Origin: an uncultured cyanobacterium
Lineage (GTDB): Bacteria > Cyanobacteriota > Cyanobacteriia > Cyanobacteriales > Nostocaceae
Direction of reading: 5' to 3'
Length of the DNA stretch: 64,000 nt
Assembly (NCBI GenBank): GCA_963740315.1
Contig: CAVUDP010000002.1
Coordinates: forward strand, 864,001-928,000
The notes under the pieces were generated by a model, which saw only the letters and a list, made by a program, of their open reading frames with translations, had not been told where the DNA came from and made no database searches. Below, in pieces: positions 20,955 through 31,322 of the stretch (its first letter is position 1; each line of letters starts with the position of its first letter). Made by a program: the position numbers and the translations under genes.

Positions 20955-22037
20955 CTAACTCCTAACTGGCGCATGTTTAAGGATTTTTACTAATTTATTC
21001 AGCTTGCTGTCAATTTCTGGCTGACTTAAATATTCTTCGGTACACTTTATCATTGCATCGATATTTTCTTGTTTGGCGCTGAAGGTAGCTATGTTTTTAT
21101 CGAAATGCGGTTGGAATCTAAAGTAAGTATTGCCTATAATTTGCTCGGCTATGTAACACACTGCATCGCCAGCGCCATCAAATAGTACGTCTAATAGGGG
21201 TAAGTCTTGACGGGGACTTAACCATTCTAATGCTCCCCATTGTTTCACCTGTTTCGCACCAATTTGTTTGACGTGTTGTCCGGTTCCGAAAGAGGCTACT
21301 ATGATATCTTTTTGATGGACGTTTTCTGATATGGAAGCATTCCATTTAGGGCTGTCTGGTGGCTTCTTGTTCCATCGCAAACGCTCGGCGATCGCGCATA
21401 AAGCTGGGTTGTTAGCAAATACGCCACCATCAATTAAAGGAATACCGCTTTTCGGGGGTATTGCATAACCTTGGCTTTGCCAATCTTCTAAAAAAGCTTG
21501 ATGTTTCATCTCGTAACCGGGAAAGCCGATCGGTGCGGCTGAAGAAGCACGGCAAATTTCCCATACTGGGATATCCTCATGAGCTATTTTGGTATTTTTA
21601 AATACTACAGCCTGACGGTTATAAGTGTCGTAACTGGTTACTATTGTAGGTTTGGTTAATTCTCCAAACTTCGTATTTCCAAAAATATATTTAAGCACCA
21701 TTCTTAAGCCTTCATCGCTGTAAATCGGCTGACTAAAACCCAAACGAATCCAATTTAAGAGACTGTGAACCAATATCCTACTTGGAGGAAAGATATTCTG
21801 AGAATTATGGATATAAAAATCTTTAATTTCGCTGGCATTCAAACCTTTAGCTAAAGCACAAGCAATCAGGCTACCTGTAGAAGTTCCAGCAATAACATCA
21901 AAATAATCCGTAAGTGTTTTGTGTGGCTCGTATTTTTGCAGCTTATTTTCTAAACTTTCTAAAATTATCGCTGTAACCAATCCACGCACCCCACCACCAT
22001 CAAGAGCAAGAATCTGAAATGGTACATTAGTTCTCAT
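20955..22037 (-). CDS. Patatin-like phospholipase
   Basis: DGGGVRG, GTSTG nucleophile elbow, ASSAAP, DGGVFANNP. Confidence 0.93.
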   Translation of the reverse strand: MRTNVPFQILALDGGGVRGLVTAIILESLENKLQKYEPHKTLTDYFDVIAGTSTGSLIACALAKGLNASEIKDFYIHNSQNIFPPSRILVHSLLNWIRLGFSQPIYSDEGLRMVLKYIFGNTKFGELTKPTIVTSYDTYNRQAVVFKNTKIAHEDIPVWEICRASSAAPIGFPGYEMKHQAFLEDWQSQGYAIPPKSGIPLIDGGVFANNPALCAIAERLRWNKKPPDSPKWNASISENVHQKDIIVASFGTGQHVKQIGAKQVKQWGALEWLSPRQDLPLLDVLFDGAGDAVCYIAEQIIGNTYFRFQPHFDKNIATFSAKQENIDAMIKCTEEYLSQPEIDSKLNKLVKILKHAPVRS

Positions 22038-22315
22038 TTATAATTCTCCCCAAAAATTTAACAATAATCTTGCAGTTAATAACAAATAAAATATCTCTAC
22101 AGCAAATGCACTGTTACAAATACCCATTATGTATGTTAAATCACATTGTTGCTTGATTTTCTCAAGGAGAGGGAGTTCGGGGGAGATGGGGGGATGGGGG
22201 GATGGGGAGATGGGGAGAGGGGGAGATGGGGAGACAAGGGGACAAGAAGAATTTTAACCTTTAACATGCAGACCTGTTCCATAATTAAGAAGGATTACGC
22301 ATTCCGCAAGAATAA

Positions 22316-23026
22316 ATGAATAAAACAAGTTTAAATTTGGTTGCTGTATCAATATTTTTGATGACTTTTTCGATACTGTTGGGACCTTTAATTAATTTAT
22401 CTCCTGCGGTTCCTGCTGTGACTACTTTTGCGATTTTGGCGATCGCGACTTTTGATTCTTGGAGTTTGGAAGGTAGGGGAGGAACTTTATTTTTGGATTT
22501 GATTAGTAGGTTTTCTGGGGAATATAGGGAACGCATTTTGCACCACGAAGCGGGACATTTCCTTGCTGCTTATATTTTGGGCGTTCCGGTGACGGGCTAT
22601 ACTTTGAGCGCTTGGGAAGCACTTAAACAAAAACAACAGGGGCTTGGTGGTGTGACTTTTGATGATGCTGAGTTGTTGTCTGAATTTGAAAAGGGTAGGA
22701 TTACTACTCGAATGCTAGAACGCTACTATACGATTTGGATGGCTGGGATTGCAGCGGAAAATCTGGTTTATAGCGATGCGAATGGTGGTGCGGATGATAA
22801 AAATAAACTCATGGGGGTTTTGAAGTCTTTAGGCTGTTCTGTATCTATGTGCCAACAAAAACAGCGTTTGAGCATTCTGCAAGCAAAAACACTGTTGGAA
22901 AATAATTGGTCCGCTTATCTGGCTTTAGTTGATACTATGCGAGAACGTGCAACAGTGGAAAAATGCGGGAATGTTCTGATAAAACAAGGCGTTAAAAGTG
23001 AAAAGTTAACAGCTAATTCTGAATAG
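22316..23026 (+). CDS. Membrane-anchored M41-like Zn protease domain protein
   Basis: Two N-terminal TM helices, HHEAGH zinc motif, MAGIAAE. Confidence 0.82.
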   Translation: MNKTSLNLVAVSIFLMTFSILLGPLINLSPAVPAVTTFAILAIATFDSWSLEGRGGTLFLDLISRFSGEYRERILHHEAGHFLAAYILGVPVTGYTLSAWEALKQKQQGLGGVTFDDAELLSEFEKGRITTRMLERYYTIWMAGIAAENLVYSDANGGADDKNKLMGVLKSLGCSVSMCQQKQRLSILQAKTLLENNWSAYLALVDTMRERATVEKCGNVLIKQGVKSEKLTANSE

Positions 23027-23141
23027 AAACTTTTTGCATAACTTACATTCAAGTCTCAACGTAAAATTCTACATCGAGACACAATTGTTTATACCGTAAG
23101 CAAAGCAAAATCAAAATATTACTTATCACTTATAACTCCAA

Positions 23142-24245
23142 TTATCCTGCGGCAACTCTTAAATGCGATGGTTGTGATGTACTACGGTTGGGACAAACAT
23201 AGTTACTGGCTGCGATTGTATTGCTTTGGCTCGTATCGTTGCAACTAACTACGCGATTTCTTCCCTTAGATTTTGCTTGCAATAAAAAGGTGTCAGCGCG
23301 ATGGAGCAAATTTAAACCTTGTTCGTCATCATTCGGAAGCAAACAAGCAGTTCCCAAACTGATGGTGACATTTATAGTTAACGTGCTGTCAATTACAAAG
23401 GGATTATCTCTAACTACGCTATTAAGACGATGAGCTACCTTTTGTGCTTCTTGGGCAGTGGTATCGCTGAGAATAATCACAAATTCTTCTCCACCATAGC
23501 GGAAAGCAGTATCTTGAAGCCGCAAATTGTGACGTATGCGACTCGACAATAATTTTAATAGTCGATCGCCAACTAAATGTCCGTAGTTATCGTTAACTTT
23601 TTTGAAATAGTCTACATCTAAAATAATTAGACTTAAGCAAGAATTTCGATCGCGCGTGTTTTTAATCTGTCTGGGTAAATCCCACTCTAAAGCTCGACGA
23701 TTATTTAATTCTGTCAGCGAATCCGCCAAAGCGATAGTTGATAGCAAATCATTAGTTTGCATCAAATCGCGATATTTTTGGGCTTTACGCAAAGCTACTG
23801 TTAATTGCGATAGCAGCAAGCGATGAGGGGCACTTAAACCTGTTGCTACTGAGTCTGTTTTGCGCTGTCGGATAGAGTCCGAATCTTGAATATCTCCGTA
23901 CCAAATATAGGCATCAGCCCCAAGTCTCAAAGCCCTAGAAGTCATTTCTGATTCCCATTCCCAGCTTTGATTTTCTCGATCGGCAATTACTTGGGGACTA
24001 TCTTCTAAAAGAATGCAATAGATCCAAGAAAGTTTCGTTTGTTCTCTCAACCAACTACATAACTGCATGCTGTCACTCTGGCTCGACTGAACGAGAATGA
24101 CATCAGGAGGCTTAAGTTGAATGCGAGATATTGCCATTTGTAGGTTCGCGATCGCTTCTATATTAAAAGTACCTGCATCGCGAATTTGAGTTGGAAGTGT
24201 GGTTAGAAATTCTTCATTCCCAAAAACCAGAATGGAAATGTTCAT
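23142..24245 (-). CDS. Diguanylate cyclase with degenerate receiver-like N-terminus
   Basis: D.LTELNNRR, DVDYFKKVNDNYGHLVGD, RYGGEEF. Confidence 0.92.
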   Translation of the reverse strand: MNISILVFGNEEFLTTLPTQIRDAGTFNIEAIANLQMAISRIQLKPPDVILVQSSQSDSMQLCSWLREQTKLSWIYCILLEDSPQVIADRENQSWEWESEMTSRALRLGADAYIWYGDIQDSDSIRQRKTDSVATGLSAPHRLLLSQLTVALRKAQKYRDLMQTNDLLSTIALADSLTELNNRRALEWDLPRQIKNTRDRNSCLSLIILDVDYFKKVNDNYGHLVGDRLLKLLSSRIRHNLRLQDTAFRYGGEEFVIILSDTTAQEAQKVAHRLNSVVRDNPFVIDSTLTINVTISLGTACLLPNDDEQGLNLLHRADTFLLQAKSKGRNRVVSCNDTSQSNTIAASNYVCPNRSTSQPSHLRVAAG

Positions 24246-25311
24246 GATTTTTACTTTTTTTTATATTATTTGTTTCAACTTAGTTGCTCTCTTCTATCAG
24301 TTTGGAAAAACATATAATCAATGTTTGGCTATTAATTGAGATTTCTTTGTGACAACAAAGTCATTTTATTAAATTAAATCTAATTTACTGCCCATTAAAT
24401 AGATATTTATTTCCGATAGTAATACAAGAGAGGTAGGGTAAAACCCCAATTAAACCTGCTGAATCTAATTACTCAATAGAAATGTATTTATGCCAAGGGG
24501 GTCTGACCCCTCACTTGCTTTTTCTCTTGTTAATTTGATAACCAAATTTCAAACTAATCTCCTTTTTATTATTGCGTTCTCAACTACAATCATTAAACTA
24601 ATATTCCCGATCACTAATTTGAGTCTTAACAACATATATTTCAAACAGTAGAAATACGGAATCATTAAGATAAGTCTTTATATTCGACGGTGTTTTCCAC
24701 TAACCAAGTAGTTTTGAATACTTTTCAATGTATATAGGTACCGCAAGGATAAATGTAATTTTATAAAAGTGTTCTCTCAGTAAAATTTCTCAATTTTTGA
24801 TAATTACCTTAGAGTGTTTTGTAAGGTTTTTACTAAATACGTGACATACGTCATAACTAATATATCTATCCAAAGGACTAAATTTTAATATTTTCTAAAT
24901 CTTGCCTTTAAAAATATGAAGAAAATTAGCTTAAAAAAAAGTCAACCGGATTTTTGAGGTGAAGCAATTTCTAAAAAATGACATATAAAATTTACGAGCC
25001 GGACTTAATATAGATGTAATTTTTCGGACGTATATCTACTTAAGTTATGACTTCAGCATTCGGAATATACTTAAGTAAATATACGTCGCAAGTAAATCAA
25101 GATTGACTCAATTACTTATCCAAAGAAACCCTGTTTGAACCAAAAAAAATTAGAACGTTTCCACGATTAACGAGCTACAAGGAAACTGACAATAAGCATC
25201 TTGTTGCGTAAGTCCCATAAATAAAACTCGATCCTAATGCCCTGTCCGCAGGGGGAGTTTAGGAGTCACACTTTATTTTCTAGACAATCAACTTACCATC
25301 ACGTGGGATAC

Positions 25312-25515
25312 TTACTGATAACCTTCAACGTGATAACCAGCAGCCACGATCGCTTGCTTAATTGATTCGTCAGAAGCGCCAGAATCTACGGTAACTGTCT
25401 TAGAATCCACATCCACATCAACTTTGGCTTTGGGTTCCATAACCTTGATAGCTTCGCTAATTTTGGAAGCACAATCGTCGCACTTCATATTAGAAACTTT
25501 TACTTTAAGCGCCAT
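25312..25515 (-). CDS. Heavy-metal-associated (Atx1/CopZ-like) metallochaperone
   Basis: 67 aa; M.CDDC metal motif, AIVAAGY. Confidence 0.88.
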   Translation of the reverse strand: MALKVKVSNMKCDDCASKISEAIKVMEPKAKVDVDVDSKTVTVDSGASDESIKQAIVAAGYHVEGYQ

Positions 25516-25611
25516 GAACTACCTCACTCTCTAGATTTCACATGATTGGTCTTTTTGAATTTTACCTATTCTTAAAGAAAAAAAGCATATCCTAAAGGAT
25601 TAAGTTTGAAA

Positions 25612-25965
25612 ATGGGGAATGGGAATGGGGCATGGGGGATAGCTCACGGAATTGGGAGTTGGGAGTTAGGACCACCGGAGTTAGGACCACCGGAGTTAGG
25701 AGTTAAGAAAGCGGAGGAAGCCTTCGGTTGCGGAGGAAGCCTTCGGTTGCAATTTAAAATTAATTAATATCCCCTGCCTCAAGAGCCTCAAGAGCCTTTT
25801 CTACTCTCTTCTCCCCATCTTCCCCTCTCCCCATCTCCCCCGAACCCCCGAACCCCCTCTCCCCCGAACCCCAAAGGTTACTGAGCAGTTCGACGTAGCT
25901 CACTGTAAGACTTGTCGAAGTACTCCCCCCTCTTCCCCGAACCCCATCTCCCCCCTCTCCCCATT
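25612..25965. repeat. Compound repeat tract upstream of alaS
   Basis: STRR units, GGACCACCGGAGTTA x2, GCGGAGGAAGCCTTCGGTT x2 (25711-25748), C-rich STRR. Confidence 0.85.
25873..25922. mobile_element. 50-bp dispersed element embedded in STRR, copy 2
   Basis: Identical to 715-764. Confidence 0.8.
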
Positions 25966-26021
25966 AATTTTTGGTATTTTATAGTTTTAACTTGAGTTAA
26001 CCTTAATCAAGGCTTAGTCCC

Positions 26022-28721
26022 ATGTCTGTAAATCCCCAACATCTCGGCGGTAACGAAATCCGGCAAAAATTCATCGACTTTTACGCGCAACGGGAACATC
26101 AACCTCTTCCCAGTGCTTCCCTGGTACCGGAAGATCCTACGGTGTTGCTGACGATCGCGGGGATGCTGCCGTTCAAACCAATATTTCTCGGACAGCGCAC
26201 CCCAGATTTTAAACGCGCTACTACTTCTCAAAAGTGCATTCGTACCAATGACATTGAAAATGTCGGAGTTACCAAGCGACATCATACGTTTTTCGAGATG
26301 TTGGGTAATTTCAGCTTTGGAGATTATTTTAAAGAGCAAGCTATAGCTTGGGGTTGGGAAATTTCCACAAAAGTATTTAATTTACCTCCCGAAAGACTCG
26401 CGGTGAGCGTTTATCACGAAGATGACGAAGCTTATAATATTTGGAAAGATAAAATTGGCGTACCGTCCGAGAGAATTTTACGTTTGGATGAAGATAACTT
26501 CTGGGCTTCTGGTGCAACGGGACCTTGCGGACCTTGTTCGGAGATTTTCTACGATTTTCATCCAGAACGGGGTAATGAGAATATAGATTTAGAAGATGAT
26601 GAACGGTTTATCGAGTTTTATAACTTGGTATTCATGCAATATAACCGCGATGCGGAAGGTAATTTAACTCCTCTCGCGAATAAAAATATTGATACTGGGA
26701 TGGGTTTGGAGAGAATGGCGCAAATTCTCCAACAGGTTCCCAACAACTATGAAACCGATTTAATTTTCCCAATTATTGAAAAAGCTGCCGAGATTGCCGG
26801 AATTGAATACGGTAAAAGTGACGAGAAAACCAAAACTTCTTTAAAAGTAATTGGCGATCATATTCGCGCCGTGGTGCATATGATAACCGATGAAATCCGC
26901 GCTTCTAATGTCGGGAGGGGTTACGTGTTGCGTCGGTTGTTACGTCGGGTAGTGCGTCACGGCAGATTAATTGGGATTGAAGGGGAATTTACTACCAAAG
27001 TTGCAGAAAGTGCGATCGCACTTTCTTTATGTGCTTATCCCGAAGTGCGTGTACGCGAAAATGCCATCAAAGCCGAATTAGAACGAGAAGAATCTCAATT
27101 TCTCAATACTTTGGAAAGAGGTGAAAAACTGCTTGAAGAAGTTATCGCTAAATTAAAGCAGGAAAATAAAACCGTTATTAGTGGTGAAGATTCTTTTAAA
27201 CTGTATGACACTTATGGTTTCCCCTTAGAATTAACTCAAGAAATCGCTGCCGAAGAAAGTTTAACGGTTGACGTTGACGGCTTTGATGCAGAAATGAAGC
27301 TACAAATAGAACGCGCCAAAGCCGCACATGAAACCATCGATTTAACCGTCCAAGGCGCACTTGATAAATTAGCAGAAAATATCGAAGTTACCGAATTTGT
27401 CGGCTATACCGAACCTACAGCAACATCAAAAGTTGAAGCAATATTAGTAGAAGGGATTTCCGAAGAAGAAGCAGAAGCCGGAACCGAAGTACAAATTGTC
27501 CTCGACAAAACCCCATTTTACGCCGAATCTGGGGGACAAATTGGCGATCGCGGTTACATCAGCGGTGAGACCACTCGTGTGCGGAGGTTCCCTCCGTTGA
27601 GCGAAGTGGCGAACCCGAAGGGTGATGGAATTGTGGTGAGAGTTGAAGACGTGAAAAGAGAATCCGACTTTTTCGTTCACTTCGGACGCATCGAACGCGG
27701 TACAATCCGAGTAGGAGATTCCGTCACCGCTCAAATCGATCGCGCTTGTCGTCGTCGCGCTCAAGCCAACCATACCGCAACTCACCTGTTACAAGCAGCG
27801 TTGAAAAAAATCGTCGATGACAGCATCTCTCAAGCAGGTTCCTTGGTAAACTTCGATAGATTGCGCTTCGACTTCAACTGTCCCCGCAACATGACACCGG
27901 AAGAAGTACTTTCTGTAGAAGCACAAGTTAATAACTGGATAGCCGAAGCTCATGCTGCCAAAGTTGAAACCTTATCCTTAGCAGAAGCAAAAGCTAAAGG
28001 AGCGGTGGCAATGTTCGGTGAAAAATACGGTGAGGAAGTGCGAGTTATCGACTTTCAAGGCGTATCAATGGAACTATGCGGTGGAACTCACGTAAGTAAT
28101 ACTGCTGAGATAGGTGTTTTTAAAATAATTTCCGAAGCCGGGATATCTTCGGGTGTGCGGCGGATTGAAGCTGTATCTGGACCCGCAATATTAGATTACC
28201 TCAACGTCCGGGATAATGTAGTAAAAGATTTAAGTGAGAGATTCAAAGTTAAACCCGAAGAGATACCCGATCGCATTACCACACTGCAAACCGAACTTAG
28301 AAACGCGCAGAAAGAAATAGAGAAGATTAAAGGGCAAATGGCGATCGCTAAATCCGACAGTTTATTAGAAACCGTTGAATCAGTAGGCGAATATAAATAT
28401 CTCGTCGCCAAAATGGAAGGAGTTGACGCAGAATCCTTAAAAACAGCAGCCGAAAGATTGCAGCAGAAAATCGGTAACAACGCAGCCGTAGTATTAGGTT
28501 CCGCAATTGAAGACGGAAAAGTCAGTTTAGTTGCTGCATTCGGCGCAGACATTAACAAAAAAGGCGTACAGGCAGGTAAATTTATTGGTGCTGTAGCCAA
28601 AATGTGCGGTGGTGGAGGTGGTGGAAGACCAAATTTAGCTCAAGCTGGGGGAAGAGATGCGAGTAAATTACCGGAAGCATTGGAGAAAGCGAAAGGTGAT
28701 TTGAAAGCTAGTTTGGGTTGA
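26022..28721 (+). CDS. alaS: Alanine--tRNA ligase
   Basis: HHTFFEMLGNFSFGDYFK, GPCGPCSE, IDTGMGLER, HTATHLL, ELCGGTH, GGGGGG.P.LAQAGG. Confidence 0.98.
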   Translation: MSVNPQHLGGNEIRQKFIDFYAQREHQPLPSASLVPEDPTVLLTIAGMLPFKPIFLGQRTPDFKRATTSQKCIRTNDIENVGVTKRHHTFFEMLGNFSFGDYFKEQAIAWGWEISTKVFNLPPERLAVSVYHEDDEAYNIWKDKIGVPSERILRLDEDNFWASGATGPCGPCSEIFYDFHPERGNENIDLEDDERFIEFYNLVFMQYNRDAEGNLTPLANKNIDTGMGLERMAQILQQVPNNYETDLIFPIIEKAAEIAGIEYGKSDEKTKTSLKVIGDHIRAVVHMITDEIRASNVGRGYVLRRLLRRVVRHGRLIGIEGEFTTKVAESAIALSLCAYPEVRVRENAIKAELEREESQFLNTLERGEKLLEEVIAKLKQENKTVISGEDSFKLYDTYGFPLELTQEIAAEESLTVDVDGFDAEMKLQIERAKAAHETIDLTVQGALDKLAENIEVTEFVGYTEPTATSKVEAILVEGISEEEAEAGTEVQIVLDKTPFYAESGGQIGDRGYISGETTRVRRFPPLSEVANPKGDGIVVRVEDVKRESDFFVHFGRIERGTIRVGDSVTAQIDRACRRRAQANHTATHLLQAALKKIVDDSISQAGSLVNFDRLRFDFNCPRNMTPEEVLSVEAQVNNWIAEAHAAKVETLSLAEAKAKGAVAMFGEKYGEEVRVIDFQGVSMELCGGTHVSNTAEIGVFKIISEAGISSGVRRIEAVSGPAILDYLNVRDNVVKDLSERFKVKPEEIPDRITTLQTELRNAQKEIEKIKGQMAIAKSDSLLETVESVGEYKYLVAKMEGVDAESLKTAAERLQQKIGNNAAVVLGSAIEDGKVSLVAAFGADINKKGVQAGKFIGAVAKMCGGGGGGRPNLAQAGGRDASKLPEALEKAKGDLKASLG
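27564..27625. mobile_element. 57-nt in-frame hairpin insertion in alaS flanked by GGTGA direct repeat
   Basis: GGTGA at 27564 and 27621; internal stems CGGAGG/CCTCCG, CCACT/AGTGG and ACCC-GAA-GGGT; adds ETTRVRRFPPLSEVANPKG. Confidence 0.8.
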
Positions 28722-28807
28722 TTGGTTGTTGTGGTGCGGGCATCTTGCCCGCCAAAATAAAAAATGATTTAGGGAGCGTCTACCATTGAAATAAATCTAA
28801 AGTATTT

Positions 28808-28919
28808 GTAGGTTGGGTTAGACGGACAAATAATATTGAGCATAAATGCAAATAATTGAATTCCGTCGTAACCCAACATCATAGTTTGTGAATAACCAGA
28901 GCATATTAAATAGTATTTT
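28808..28919 (+). repeat. REP-like unit A, copy 1
   Basis: GTAGGTTGGGTTAGACGG...CGTCGTAACCCAACAT plus ~40-bp tail ending at the ATG of the next gene. Confidence 0.9.
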
Positions 28920-29270
28920 ATGGAAGAAGTAAATACAATCCAATTAGAAGTAAAATCAGAATATTTTTATGAAATGCTGAAATCGATCGAGCAGCGTCCC
29001 GGTTTGTATTTAGGAAAATGCTCCATTACCCGTTTGCATTCATTTTTAACAGGATATATGGGAGCAAGACAAGATTTAGGTTTACCTGTAACTGAAGAAG
29101 AAGGTAAATTTTATAAATTTCAAGATTGGATACAAGAAAGATTTGATGTCAAGTCTTATTATGGATGGAACGATATTATTTTGTTAAATTCTGGTGATGA
29201 AAAAGATGCTTTGAATAAGTTTTTTAAATTGTTTGAAAAGTTTAAGAATGGGGAAAGTGCTTCTAGGTAA
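28920..29270 (+). CDS. Hypothetical protein (116 aa)
   Basis: ORF with RPGLYLG..SI..L..FL.GY and FQDWI...F motifs; bracketed by direct repeats. Confidence 0.75.
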   Translation: MEEVNTIQLEVKSEYFYEMLKSIEQRPGLYLGKCSITRLHSFLTGYMGARQDLGLPVTEEEGKFYKFQDWIQERFDVKSYYGWNDIILLNSGDEKDALNKFFKLFEKFKNGESASR

Positions 29271-29288
29271 ATACATAAAAATATGAAG

Positions 29289-29402
29289 GTAGGTTGGGTT
29301 AGACGGACAAATAATGTTGAGCATAAATGTAGAGAATTTGATTTCGTCGTAACTCAACATTATAGTTTGTAAATAACCAGAGCATATAAATTAATATTTT
29401 TA
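29289..29402 (+). repeat. REP-like unit A, copy 2
   Basis: Direct repeat of 28808-28919 including the tail ATAGTTTGT.AATAACCAGAGCATAT. Confidence 0.9.
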
Positions 29403-29416
29403 TTATCCAAGGTTTA

Positions 29417-30337
29417 TCAACGATTGAGCTTGACATCTATGAGTACACCAGCCCAATCACCATCTTGTGTGTTTCCAAGTACATATATGTGGAAATCACT
29501 ATTACTATTAGCACCAATTGTATAAACTCGTAGATTAGTTAAAGTAGACTCAAGAAAATCATCTAACTCTCTATAATCTGTTCCAGGTGGGTATTCAAAT
29601 TCGATGGGAGGTTCCATCTCGATCTCATATTCAATACCTGTTTCTTCATCAAAATAAACTGTTTCTCTGTATTCAACTTCTCTCTCTACGTCACGTAATT
29701 CTGAACTATACGCTGCTGCTACATTCAGCATACTTTTATATTCTTGAGTAGTAAAGAATTTAACTGAATCCATCAGTTTTTCAATCAATTTATCTTTAGT
29801 ATCAGCATACTGCCGCATCCATTTACGTTGATACTTGGCATATTGATTAGTAAGATAAAAATGATTATTCTGCAATTCTTTTAGTAAATCTAAAGTTGCT
29901 TGAGTAGGATAAATATTTTTAATAATGAATTTTTCTGAAGTCCCACCACTATAATCCTTTCCACTAGACTCAAAAGGAGAACAAAGACCAAACCAATCTT
30001 CATCACGAGTTTTACCGATGTAGACATTAAAGACATCATCAGGAAAATAAGCTTGGTAAATTTCTATATTAGTAAGATGAGATTGCAGAATTTTAAAAAG
30101 TGCTTTAGTTTGTTTATCTTCACTTGCTTTTTCTAAGAAAACATCAAACGTTAGACGTTTTAAAGATTTGCTTCCCCAAATTTTATTTGACAGCATCAAT
30201 TTTTCTGCTGTTAGTTCACCCCTTTCAGAAACATCCCAAACGAAAGGATTTAAACTACCTCGCTCATCGTCTGAAAATACTAGACCTTGTGTAAGACATT
30301 TTAAATTAGCAAATAGTTCTTCATTATACGGCTTCAT
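29417..30337 (-). CDS. Nuclease A inhibitor (NuiA)-like protein, apparently two domains
   Basis: L...TQGL.F......PFVW start; two copies of L.S.LTN...Y...(V/I)Y.(I/L)G.T.D.DW.G. Confidence 0.65.
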   Translation of the reverse strand: MKPYNEELFANLKCLTQGLVFSDDERGSLNPFVWDVSERGELTAEKLMLSNKIWGSKSLKRLTFDVFLEKASEDKQTKALFKILQSHLTNIEIYQAYFPDDVFNVYIGKTRDEDWFGLCSPFESSGKDYSGGTSEKFIIKNIYPTQATLDLLKELQNNHFYLTNQYAKYQRKWMRQYADTKDKLIEKLMDSVKFFTTQEYKSMLNVAAAYSSELRDVEREVEYRETVYFDEETGIEYEIEMEPPIEFEYPPGTDYRELDDFLESTLTNLRVYTIGANSNSDFHIYVLGNTQDGDWAGVLIDVKLNR

Positions 30338-30422
30338 AATGTATTCTTAAAGAGTAATCTTCTTTTTGTTACTCAGTATAGCAATATTGTACTATACTAT
30401 TGTGATTTTTGATTATATAGTT

Positions 30423-30634
30423 GTAGGTTGGGTTAGACGGACAAATAATATTGAGCATAAATGTAGAGAATTTGATTTCGTCGTAACCCAACATGATAAT
30501 TCGCGGGTAATTTCGCATATTAAATTAACAGCACAATATTTATCATCTTCTTAGAATACCGATGTTGGGTTACGACACGATAAAACCATTTACTCGTCAT
30601 CAAATAATTTACTTTCGTGTCTAACCCAACCTAC
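30423..30634. repeat. REPIN-like doublet: unit A (30423-30494) facing inverted unit B (30555-30634)
   Basis: GTAGGTTGGGTTAGAC at left end and GTCTAACCCAACCTAC at right end, each half with its own internal stem. Confidence 0.9.
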
Positions 30635-30676
30635 GCCCTAGATAAATATTAAATAACTTTTAAGCACTCAATTATT

Positions 30677-30910
30677 ATGAATACACCACGAGTCTTTGTC
30701 GATTTCCATAATGCCGATACTGAAGGTCGTTTACGACTTAATTGTACTGGAACGATTGAAGACTTAGCTCGACAAAAAATTTGGCTCTCAGATGGTTTGC
30801 AATTAATACTGTATAGCGAAGACTTAGAAGCTGATGGAGTTGTTCAGTATTCTACCGAAGAAAATGTTTGGGTAGCTGCAATCAACTGGGATAAAATTAG
30901 AGAAGGATAA
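30677..30910 (+). CDS. Hypothetical protein (77 aa)
   Basis: Clean ORF, protein-like composition (VDFHNAD.EGRLRL...W). Confidence 0.65.
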   Translation: MNTPRVFVDFHNADTEGRLRLNCTGTIEDLARQKIWLSDGLQLILYSEDLEADGVVQYSTEENVWVAAINWDKIREG

Positions 30911-30972
30911 AATATATTAATTCAAAATATTAACCTCTAAAAACAAGTGTTTTTGATTAACCTAATACTACT

Positions 30973-31257
30973 ATGAAACACAAAAATCAGCTAACCACAA
31001 TAATTAAACGCGAAGACGATTGGTACATTGCACTTTGTCCAGAATTAGATGTTGCCAGTCAAGGTAAAACAATTGAAGAAGCAAAGGATAATTTAATTGA
31101 AGCTGTAGAACTATTTTTTGAAACTGCATCTACCAATGAAATTCAAGAAAGATTGCATACAGAAATATTAGAACGTGAAAAACTTGATTTAATAGAGCGG
31201 CAACATCCTGCATATGAACGTCCCTTCTCGATTAAGAAAACATATAATTTCAACTAA
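30973..31257 (+). CDS. HicB-family antitoxin (orphan; C-terminus atypical)
   Basis: Y.ALCPELDVASQG.T.EEA..NL.EAVELFFE motif; no HicA ORF adjacent. Confidence 0.8.
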   Translation: MKHKNQLTTIIKREDDWYIALCPELDVASQGKTIEEAKDNLIEAVELFFETASTNEIQERLHTEILEREKLDLIERQHPAYERPFSIKKTYNFN

Positions 31258-31322
31258 AAACTCTGCACTCCTTTGCGCTTACCTCCGCGTCACTCTGCGT
31301 TTAAATACATATTCTTCCCCAA

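Noticed and set aside
20955..22037. Patatin as a CBASS effector
   Set aside because: No CD-NTase or other CBASS gene adjacent.
25669..25748. Mini-CRISPR from 15- and 19-bp duplications
   Set aside because: Head-to-tail tandem duplicates with no spacers.
30366..30554. 62-aa ORF, and similar short ORFs at 10579, 13751, 14005, 20637 and 31386
   Set aside because: Translations of REP/STRR repeats or antisense to glbN.
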